This document shows positions 55,701 to 64,000 of a DNA stretch of 64,000 nucleotides, piece after piece (the first letter of the stretch is position 1; each line of letters begins with the position of its first letter). The stretch is taken from the NCBI GenBank assembly GCA_965644315.1, contig CBFFRQ010000032.1:496001-560000 (forward strand), in the 5' to 3' direction. Made by a program: the position numbers and the translations under genes. Under the pieces are notes generated by a model. That model had not been told where the DNA came from and searched no databases. It was given only the letters and a program-made list of their open reading frames with translations. The stretch comes from Caecitellus pseudoparvulus. Taxonomy: Eukaryota > Protista > Bigyra: Bicosoecida.

Positions 55701-55880
55701 AGAAGGGAACGCAAGGGAGGCAAGGCACGCGGCAGGGAGCATCTGTGGGACTGCTTGAGTGCCCATCGATCACTCACTGGCAGGCGTTGTTGCGTGGGCG
55801 TCTTCGAACACGAGCACACCCAGCGACAAGAGCAGCCCAAGCGAGCACAAGGACGCCTTGAATGGAGTACGCAGCGCCAT
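43719..55880 (-). CDS. Giant cell-surface polytopic receptor-like protein (~3,970 aa): signal peptide, NHL propeller, LNR arrays, Kelch, IPT/TIG, FN3, Cys-rich, ~9 TM
   Basis: Exons 55880-55778 (signal peptide MALRTPFKASLCSLGLLLSLGVLVFEDAHA), 55668-55639, 55566-55265 and 55196-43719 join in frame. Motifs in order: NHL-like (IYFTERGFGTIRR, APTALAFD); LNR-like CxxxxIGDGxCDxxCNxxxCGFDxGDC; Kelch (LWLIGG, LVVLGG, VWLVGG, LYAFGG); IPT (PTAGGTVI, VTITGLNFG, VVLLGSGF, FTLTGVHFG); FN3 (YLFRVVAVNAAGRSPFS); CADGYTGTLCNRC; and a TM block with FGFLYASFKPQYYWWEELTMLRK. Confidence 0.88.
49473..50555 (-). repeat. Array 2 of 8 LNR (Lin-12/Notch)-like Cys-rich modules
   Basis: Examples: CAVSSFGDGTCDPACDFYACGFDAGDC, CLPGMLGDGTCQADCNTLKCGFDDGDC, CDVACDHSFCGFDGGQC. 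Confidence 0.85.
51595..53885 (-). repeat. Array 1 of 15 LNR-like modules organised as three copies of a 5-module unit
   Basis: Examples: CTTSNIGDGVCDPDCNTPTCGFDMGDC and CLQSGCPS...CGTAEVLLGGC. Module types recur with period 5. Confidence 0.85.
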
Positions 55881-56139
55881 GTCTGCCGTGGTGTGCGCCC
55901 TTGAGCTGGACCAGCGGCAGCGCAAAGCGAGGCGAAGATGACCGCCGTGAGCGTGTCGCATGCGACGACCTCGAAGCAAATGGAGTGTGGCCGTGTCTGC
56001 GTGAAGGCGGCAGTTGCCACTTCAGTACATGCAGCCCTGTGCTGACTGCGCAAGTTGCAGAGGAGCACCTGATTGAGCATTGAGTGGGACAGTTGGATTT
56101 GCGGGTTCGAGGCAGGTGCGCCGTGCTTTCACGCTGCGG

Positions 56140-57510
56140 TTACCTCTTGCTGGAGGGCGGGAGGGCGGCAGCGTCTGCTCCATCTCGTGCCCGCTTGCTC
56201 CCCCCAATATCAGCACTTTGCACAGTGCCCCCAGGCGCAGGCTTGGTGGGTCCACCATCACAAGCGCCACTTGCCGCTGCAGAAACACCCGCTGGCGCAG
56301 GTGAAGCCTCAGCCGCCGCGGCTGCGAACGCTTTCGCAGCACTCAAGTGCATGCCTTTGGGCGTCACTTGCACCCGCTCATACAGCAGCACGTACGCTGG
56401 CTGGGCCAGGGCGGTTTCCGCGTCCACTTTCCGCACGGCGCCGTCATCAGCCTCCCACCACTGCTTGCCCTTGCGCAGGAACGCAGTGTAGTGGCCACAC
56501 CGGGGAGAAGGCCCTTTGTGCACAACAAGGGCCCGCAGAGTGTACAGGGGCCGTTTGCTGGGGTGTGGCCCCGCGAGAGGGTGGCTGTGCAAGGCTGTGT
56601 CATGCACTTCTTTGCGCAGCACAAGGTGCGACAGAGAGAGCGAGAGGGGGAACGACAGCCCACCCCCAGCCTTCGTGATGCGTTGGTGATGTGCTGCAGC
56701 AGCCCCCTTCATCCATGCCTGCAGCGAGGGCGGCGCTGCGGCGCTGGCGGCCGGCGTGCTGGCGTGTGCGAAACGCAGCAGGTGAATGGCCAGCGCTTCA
56801 GGCGCAGCTGCCAGTCCCAGTTGCTTCTTCGCAGACACCTTATCCGCACAAGCTGCACAAGCATATGCAGAGGAGCCAGTGAGCTGCTCTGTTGCGAAGT
56901 GAGCCTTCAGCGCTTGGTCAAGGGTGGCGTGTCCCGCGATGTCCAGAGAGAGCGCCTCCACATCTTGAAACGTGTCCGAAACGCCGTTGCAGGCGCTGCA
57001 GACGATGCGGGACACCATGCGACCTCGGAAGATGGAGCAGGGGCCAGTGCCTGCCGCATCTGCTACATCGGCACATGCTGCTAAAATGCCCAGCAACAGC
57101 TCGTGGGCGTCTTCCTGTCGCCTGTGCCGCAGACCTGAGACGGCACGCACAGCAGCTGCGACAAGTGCAGACGGAGTCAGAGCAGACTGCCCGCCACTCG
57201 ACTGCTGCAGCTGCTGGTGTGTCAGCAACAGCGCCTCCAGCAGCTGGTGCTGTGCTCGAAGTTTCCCAGACGGCGCCTCCTCACGTCTCGCTGCGTTGCA
57301 CAAGAACCACAGGAGCTGGGGGAAGGCAGCGACATTGCACAGTCCCTGCACCATGGAGTTCAGGTAGCACGTGCTTCCCAGGTTGGCCATGCCCCGTGTT
57401 GTGGAGGTCGTCGCCTGTGGAAGTGGCTCGGCAAGCAATTTCCGCAGCAGCTGCTGCTCTGCAAATGCCTCAGCCTCGTCCGCCTGAGATGGGGGTGCAG
57501 CTGGATTCAT
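56140..57510 (-). CDS. Ubiquitin-specific protease (peptidase C19; USP36/42-like), ~456 aa
   Basis: Cys box GMANLGSTCYLNSMVQGL, QEDAHELL, two CxxC Zn-finger pairs, His box LVVHKGPSPRCGHYTAF, WWEADD and AYVLLYER. The likely start is MNPAAPP at 57510. Confidence 0.92.
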   Translation of the reverse strand: MNPAAPPSQADEAEAFAEQQLLRKLLAEPLPQATTSTTRGMANLGSTCYLNSMVQGLCNVAAFPQLLWFLCNAARREEAPSGKLRAQHQLLEALLLTHQQLQQSSGGQSALTPSALVAAAVRAVSGLRHRRQEDAHELLLGILAACADVADAAGTGPCSIFRGRMVSRIVCSACNGVSDTFQDVEALSLDIAGHATLDQALKAHFATEQLTGSSAYACAACADKVSAKKQLGLAAAPEALAIHLLRFAHASTPAASAAAPPSLQAWMKGAAAAHHQRITKAGGGLSFPLSLSLSHLVLRKEVHDTALHSHPLAGPHPSKRPLYTLRALVVHKGPSPRCGHYTAFLRKGKQWWEADDGAVRKVDAETALAQPAYVLLYERVQVTPKGMHLSAAKAFAAAAAEASPAPAGVSAAASGACDGGPTKPAPGGTVQSADIGGSKRARDGADAAALPPSSKR

Positions 57511-57862
57511 TGGCAAATGATGGCGGGAGTCAATCAGATCGACGCAGTGCCTTGTGCTGGCGTCGACCAGGCTTCGCGCTAGCCAAACGCAGCGGGGACT
57601 GGGCAGCGTTTTGAGCTGCCGCACGTCAGAGAAGCTGGCTTGTGAGGAGCGCTCTCAGCGCAGTGGCAGAGTCAAACGCCCCACAAAAAAATCTGACCTG
57701 CTTCAGTTTTGCTGCACTTTAAATTGGCGCAGGCGTCTTGCATAGGCAGAAATCTTCAGTGCGTGGAGCGGGTGAGAAGCAGGATCCAATTGGCCTGAGC
57801 CCGTTGAATGCCGATTCGGAGCAGGGCGGAGCTTCCAGCGTCTACCAGGTGACCTGCAAGCT

Positions 57863-59963
57863 ATGGAAAGGTCATCATCACCACAGAGCGATGACGATGG
57901 GCGTGGAAGCCCCGTTGTGTTGGGCCCCGCCGCCTCCACGTGTGCGGATTCTGGGGACGCGTCAAATTCCGCAGCCGACAGGGAGGTGTTGCTGGCACCC
58001 AGGGCAGGTGGCGCGGAAGAGGATGACGAGCCGCCTCTTCCTGTGGGGCAGCTTGGAATCCTCGCCATTGCCATGTTCACGAACGCATTCATGCTGACTG
58101 TGCTCTTTCCGTTCGTGGGCGCCATGGTGGAGACGCTGGACCTCACACACGACAAGCGGGAACTAGGTGAGGGCCAGCTGCTGCGCACCCCGAGAACACG
58201 AGCGCACGGCCCCCCTTTCCTGTCTCGTAGGCTATTACGCGGGGTATATCGGCGCCGCGTTCATGGCTGGGCGACTCTGTACCAGGTGAGAGAATCCGCG
58301 GTGCTTCTCGCCGCTGCGTGATACGGCTGCACGCCGCGTTGCGCCACCGCACCTGCGCAGCTACGGGTGGGGCTGGTTTTCTGACAGGTATGGCAGGAAG
58401 CCAGTCATGGTGATTGGCATCACCGCCATGGTGGTGTTCTCCATCGGTTTCGGGTGTTCGTTCAACTTCGCCTGGGCGCTGGCTATGCGTTTCATGACCG
58501 GGTTCTGGAACGGCATCGTCGGCACAGGCAAGACCATGGTGTCGGAGATCTGCACCGACAAGCAGCAGCCTCGCGGCATGGCTGTTGTGACGGCCACGTG
58601 GGGGCTGGGACTCGTCATCGGCCCAGCAGTGGGCGGCGTCCTGAGCCTGCCGCATGACAAGTGGCCCCAGGCCTTCCCCGAGTCATCCATCTTCGCACAC
58701 TTCCCCTACCTCCTGCCCATGCTCATCGCCAGCGTCATCGGCGCCATTGCGCTTGTTCCGACGGTGCTGTTCTTGCCAGAAACTCTCCCCCCGAAGGTGT
58801 TGCGGCGGCATGCTGGGGATTGCTGCAGCCCCCTGCGCTGGGGCTGTGGGGGGGGCGGCGCTGCTCCCACGCGCGGAAAATACCAACCAGCACATGGGGA
58901 AGATGTTGAAGACGACGCTGTGGTGGCTGGTGAGGGCGCAGATGGTGAGCCTGGGGGCATTGAGTTGGTGGGCGGAGGTGCGGGCACCGCGCCACAGCTG
59001 CCACTCGACACGGCAGTTGCAGCAGAGGAGGGTGGAGGGGAGCCCGTGCAGGAGCAGGGCCAGCCTGAAGGAAGTGCAAAACAGCCGTCCTTATTGACTA
59101 ACCCCGTGGTGATGACCACCGTCACCATGTATGCCGTGTGGAGCACCGCCAATATCATTCTGAACGAGGTGGTGCCGTTGTGGGCACTGGCGCCCCACGA
59201 CGTGGGCGGCATCCAGGTGGGCACGTCGGAAATCGGAGCCAGCATGGGGGTCGTGGGTGTGTTCTTGATTGTGTTCCAGGTGTTCATCTTCCCGCACCTG
59301 TCAGCGGCGTGCAACGGCCCCCTGTTCATGCTGCGACGGGTCACGATGGCGTACGTTCCGTTTGTCTGCTGCATGCCGCTCGCGTCCGTCTTCGACGACG
59401 TGTGGGTGCGGCTGGTGGCGGTGACACTCTTCAACTGTGTGCGGTCTGCCTTCGGCACAGCTGCCTTCACCAGCATCTTCCAGCTCATCAACAACAGCGT
59501 GCACAGCCAGCAGCGCGGCGCCGTCAACGGGCTGGGCATGGTGGTGGGGTCCATGGGCAAGGCCATCGGGCCCGCCATTGGCGCGGTCATGTTCGCGTGG
59601 TCCTTGTCGGAGGGGGGTGGGCAGCCCCCCCTGGACTACGGCTTCACGTTCTACGTCTGTGCGATCATCGGCGCCCTGGCCTGCGGCATGAGCTATGCGC
59701 TGCCCACCTCCCTGAACACCAAGCTGGAGAAGGCAGAGTCTGGCACAGGTGCAGGTGGGCCTGTGGCCCTGGGAACTGGGGCTGGGCAGGCCTCCACGCC
59801 GCCTGCACACGGCGCTGAGCTGCTGCAGTCCAGCCCGGCCAGCGGCAGCAGCAGGGAGGAGGAGGGTGGGACAGAGTCCCCACTGCCGCTGGCTGCGGCC
59901 GTGTTTGCCGTGGGAGAGGCGTCTGACGACAGCAGTGATGAGGAGGCGCGTCTTGCCCGCTGA
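57863..59963 (+). CDS. Major facilitator superfamily transporter, ZIF1/ZIFL-like
   Basis: Exons 57863-58166, 58231-58285 and 58361-59963 give TVLFPFVGAMV...GYYAGYIGAAFMAGRL...WGWFSDRYGRKPV (MFS motif A)...RFMTGFWNG...GLVIGPAVGGVL...FPYLLP...QRGAVNG. About 12 TM segments. Confidence 0.92.
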
Positions 59964-60186
59964 GGTGGTGTGCTGTCCCTGCTGAGTGTGCTGGACAAGT
60001 CGACCTCGCGCCGGATTGCAGCGAGGCAGACCCCCCGTGTGCTTTGAAGGGGATGGCTCGGATTCTCTGGCTTGTCAATTCCAATCCAACCTTCATGTGA
60101 ACCATGCAAGGCCCAGGCATCCGTCCTGTGTGTCCAGGGGGTGCTTGTTGTCCCTTCGTCGCGGCAAGCGTTTCCCGTGAAACGCC

Positions 60187-60748
60187 ATGGCTCACACCAC
60201 ACAGGCCACATGGTCCAGGCAGACACTGTCGGAGGAAAAGGCACTGGGCAAGCTAATTGTGAACTTTCGAGACACCAGTGATGAACGCAGCAGCTTCATC
60301 TTGGCTTCGGCTCGGGCAGCGTTGAAGGCGCTGCACAAAGGCGACCTCAAGGTGAGGCTCGTGGTTCCCGAGCGCGGCATTTTCACGCGCAGCTCGCCAC
60401 TCAGGAGCACATGGCCTGAGCTGAACGCCACAGAACTTCTCGGAAGTTGCCAAGCGCATGGTGGAGGAGTGCACCTCCCGGTATGAAGGAGCGTGGCATT
60501 GCTGCGTGGGGGAGAGCTTCGGTGCGTCGTGAGCAAGAGCGCTGCCGCGGCGGCAGGAAGCACCCCCGCGCGCTATCTCGCACTACAGGCTGTCACATGA
60601 CGGAAGAGAGTGACTCGTGCGTCGCTGCACTGGGCTGACCCTGCCATGCTGCGGCTTACCCACTGCCCCCGTGCCACGCCGCTCACTTCACAGCACCATG
60701 TGCTTCCAATTCGGCAAGGTGGCTTTCCTCATCTTCAAGCACGGCTAA
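60187..60748 (+). CDS. Dynein light chain type 1 (LC8-family, probably axonemal variant), 4 exons, ~111 aa
   Basis: Exons 60187-60351, 60434-60521, 60589-60616 and 60694-60748 join in frame via GT-AG introns. Translation: ...ARAALKALHKGDLKNFSEVAKRMVEECTSRYEGAWHCCVGESFGCHMTEESDSTMCFQFGKVAFLIFKHG*. This matches the LC8 pattern YxxxWHCxVGxxFG...LIFK. Confidence 0.88.
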
Positions 60749-61150
60749 GGCGTTGGGTTACGGCGAGTGTGGCTTGATGCCTACCCTTGGGTGGCCTGCT
60801 TGGCTCAGTGGCTTCGTGAAGGGAGGCCTTGCCCTCCTTTGCTCAGCTGCGGCTGCCTCAGCTCCGCTGCACCATGCACGCAGCACTGAGCATGAGGCCC
60901 AGCAAGCGGCCGTGCCCGCGGGGATCAATGGTGGTACTTGACTCCCGCACGCATGCTTGCTTGCTTCCTGTGCTCGTGGAGGGTTTTGCTGAGCAAGGCG
61001 GCAACCCCTCCTCCATCCAACGAACCGTTCTCCGGAAGCAGTCCACGCTTGGGCGACCAAATTCATTCCTCCACATGTGAACGTGTCGCCAGCTTGGATG
61101 CTGTTTGCTTTCTGGACACCGCTGCGTTGACCGGGGGCAGCAGAAGCACC

Positions 61151-62550
61151 ATGGCAGCCGTCGCAGCAGCTGGCTCGGGCCTGCTGCAGCAGCAGCCGAC
61201 GGGGACGCATGGCGTCGAGTCGTACTACACCCAGCGCCTGGATGAGCTGGACTTAAAAATCCGTGAACGATCTGAGAACCTGCAGCGCCTGCGGGCCCAG
61301 CGCAACGAGCTGAACTCCCGAGGTGAGTGCTGGTGGTGTGAGCATGAAACGCCACCCCTGCCAAACGCTGACGCCGCTGCCTTCTGCACAGTGCGGCTGC
61401 TGCGAGAGGAGCTGGTGTTGCTGCTGGAGCCAGCCAGCAGCATTGGCGACATTGTGAAGCAGATGGGGAAGGAGAAGGTCCTTGTGAAGGTGTGTGGCAC
61501 GGCGCTGCGCCGTCAGTACCTGCCTGGCGTTTCACCACGCCCGCAACGCCGGCTGACGCGTGCGCTGCACTGGGGCGCCACCCCTCGCCACAGGTGGGGC
61601 AAGACGGCAAGTACGTGTGTGAAGTGGATTCAGAGATCAAAATCACAGACCTGAAGCCGAACACGCGTGTGGCGCTGAGGTCAGACAGCTACAAGGTGCA
61701 CAAGATCCTGCCCAGCAAAGTGGACCCGCTGGTGTCCCTGATGAAGGTGGAGAAAGTGCCCGACGCCTCCTATGACATGGTGGGAGGCTTGACCAAGCAG
61801 ATCCAGGAGATGAAGGAGGTGATCGAGCTGCCCATCAAGCACCCCGAGCTGTTCGAGGCGCTGGGCGTGGCACAGCCCAAGGGTGTGCTGATGTACGGCC
61901 CCCCCGGCACGGGCAAGACGCTGCTGGCACGCGCCGTGGCACACCACACAGACTGCACTTTCATCCGAGTGTCGGGCGCTGAGCTGGTGCAGAAGTACAT
62001 CGGGGAGGGCGCCCGCATGGTGCGCGAGCTCTTCGTCATGGCGCGGGAGGCTGCCCCTACCATCATCTTCATGGACGAGGTGGACTCCATCGGCTCCTCC
62101 CGAGGGGGCGGCAGTGGCAAGGGCGACAGCGAGGTGCAGCGCACCATGCTGGAGCTGCTGAACCAGCTGGACGGCTTCGAGGCGACGCAGAGCATTAAGG
62201 TCATCATGGCCACCAACCGCATCGACATCCTGGACAGCGCCCTGCTGCGGCCGGGGCGCATCGACCGCAAGGTGGAGTTCCCCCACCCCAACGAGGCTGC
62301 GCGTGAGCACATCCTCAAGATCCACTCCCGCAAGATGAACCTCATGCGCGGCATTGACCTGCGCAAGATCGCGCGCCAGATGGCGGGCTGCAACGGCGCC
62401 GAGTGCAAGGCTGCCTGCACTGAGGCTGGCATGTTCGCTCTCCGTGAGCGCCGCATCCACGTCACGCAGGAGGACTTCGAGATGGCCTGCGCCAAGGTGA
62501 TGAAGAAGGACGGCGACCGGGACATGTCTGTTTTGAAGCTGTTCAAGTAG
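61151..62550 (+). CDS. PSMC5: 26S proteasome regulatory AAA-ATPase subunit RPT6
   Basis: Exons 61151-61322, 61392-61489 and 61594-62550 give [20 protein letters not shown]...[20 protein letters not shown]...[38 protein letters not shown]...IIFMDEVD...SVLKLFK. Confidence 0.97.
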
Positions 62551-62747
62551 TTGGCAGGTGCTGGACTGTGCTGGAGAATGCATCCGTCGGCATGATTGGC
62601 ACCCTACCCAAGCGGGATGCCAGAGCGGGGTAAACATGGTGCACAGCGACCATCACGCTTGAATGGACAATGTACACGACTCAAGAAACCTCTTCAGGTG
62701 GTGGAAGTGAAGCAGGACATGCGTGCGTGGGCCGAACCAAATTCAGC

Positions 62748-64000
62748 ATGTGGCCATTGTTCGTGTTGCTTGCTGCAGCTGCGCAGTTGGCCAACGCAGG
62801 CCAGTCCTCGGCCGGCTTGAAGGAGTTGTCCTGCGTCCGGATTTCCGAGCCGGATCAGGGGATCCTGCCTGTTCAGGAATGGATGCTGAATGATGACTTT
62901 TGTGATTGTATGGACGGCACTGATGAGCCCCATACAGCAGCCTGTGCAAGGCACACAGCTCGAAAGGTGCGGGCGCGTTTTGCGTGCGTTTCGGGCGCCG
63001 TTTTCAACATCGACGCGCTCCCTGCAGTTTGAGTGCTACCGTGGAGGCCAAGAGGTGTTCCACTCAGTTGTCCATGATGGGGTTTGTGATTGCTGTGATG
63101 GAAGTGATGAGCCTGACGGGTGCCCTGACTCCTGCGGCAAAGCCATGAGTGACTTGGCTGATGCTGCTGGCGTTCTGCTGGACAAGCTGTCGCAGCAGGC
63201 AGAAGGCAAGGCTGCCCTTCTTGCAAGAGCCAGAGCTCAGTGGCACCATTGGAGAGGCTTATCAGCCACCCTCAAAGCCAATCTGCAGCAGCTGACTGTC
63301 CTAGAGGCGCTGTTGGAGCACCGGCTTGAAGTGGAGCGAGTGGTGCAAGACGAAGCACAGCGGGAGGCAGCGTTCAATAAACGGCATGCGTTGACGGTTG
63401 GCATCGCACTGGGCCAACCTCTGCGACAAGCTGCCACGGAGCCGCCCCTTACGTGGCCGTTTGGCAGTGGGTCTGGAGTGCCGGTCTCTGAGACCCTGCT
63501 GCCCAACGCGTCTGAGGCATTCGTCCGCGCTGGCGCTGCCCTGAGCACCAGCACACTAGCAAAGCATGTGCAAGGAGTGGGAGATGCTGTGCAGCACAGG
63601 ATACAGCGCAAGGCGCACAAGCTTGCGCCAAGCTGGCCTTCCCACGTGCTCAGTGCCGCGGAAGCCGTTTCGCAAGGTTGCACTGCCACAATAGCCAATG
63701 CCGCCTTCATGCGACACTGCACAGTGCACCACGGGGGAGAAGAAGAGCCTGTCATGGTGCCTGGCGCCTGGATCCAAGGGTCCCAGGTCCAAGGCTCCCG
63801 TGTCCGACTTTCGCCTGCACTTGTGCAGCGCCACATTCGGCCGCTCAGCGCGGCGGCAGCCTTGCTGAACGGGACAATGCCCACAGTTCACGGAAAACCT
63901 TCGCTGTTGGGATTCTTGTCCGCGTTGCCTGGTTCTGGCAGCGTGCCTGTCGCAGCCTTGATCAAGGAGGCTGGGGCGCTGCCAGCTGAAGCGTACGCCG
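62748..64000 (+). CDS. Glucosidase II beta subunit (PRKCSH)-like protein, 5' part; continues past the right edge
   Basis: Exon 62748-62966 has the signal peptide MWPLFVLLAAAAQLANA and LNDDFCDCMDGTDEPHTAAC. The exon from 63028 has FECY...SVVHDGVCDCCDGSDE...CPDSC followed by a coiled coil. The frame is open to the window end. Confidence 0.82.

Noticed and set aside
14261-62550. Apparent ubiquitin-proteasome cluster (F-box, FAM192A, USP, RPT6)
   Set aside because: These are large, common functional classes scattered over 48 kb with unrelated genes between them, so chance is sufficient.
1-64000. CRISPR arrays, transposons, endogenous virophage/viral inserts, rRNA/tRNA genes, prokaryotic operons
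   Set aside because: I saw no spaced direct repeats, transposase, integrase or capsid motifs, terminal repeats, AT-rich islands or structural RNA signatures. Nearly all sequence is accounted for by spliced eukaryotic genes.

Overview
This is eukaryotic nuclear DNA from a compact, GC-rich genome with short spliceosomal GT-AG introns (mostly 60-110 nt). The host is a flagellated protist, possibly a stramenopile, but that placement is inference only. By splicing exons by hand I find 16 tightly packed protein-coding genes. In order they are: VPS13 (runs off the left edge, absent from the ORF track), Mn-SOD with micro-exons, an Sfi1-like protein, an F-box multi-pass membrane protein, centrin, a ~3,100-aa ARM+PH protein resembling the apicomplexan glideosome-associated connector (GAC), RABL2, a TTBK/CK1-family kinase, a CEP192/Spd-2-like protein, FAM192A/Fyv6, a ~3,970-aa surface protein (NHL + 23 LNR-like modules + Kelch + IPT + FN3 + ~9 TM), a USP deubiquitinase, a ZIFL-type MFS transporter, an LC8-family dynein light chain, proteasome RPT6 and a glucosidase II beta-like gene (runs off the right edge). 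Four things stand out. (1) The giant receptor-like protein has LNR arrays with a 5-module super-repeat, one array inserted inside a Kelch blade, and R-x-L-Q motifs right after each array. (2) An AATGCA hexamer lies just downstream of 9 of 14 stop codons and is shared as a palindrome between convergent genes, a candidate non-canonical polyadenylation signal. (3) A GAC-like gene is present in an apparently non-apicomplexan genome. (4) Basal-body and cilium genes are concentrated here. I saw no rRNA, tRNA, CRISPR array or mobile element. All family assignments come from motif recognition, not database searches.
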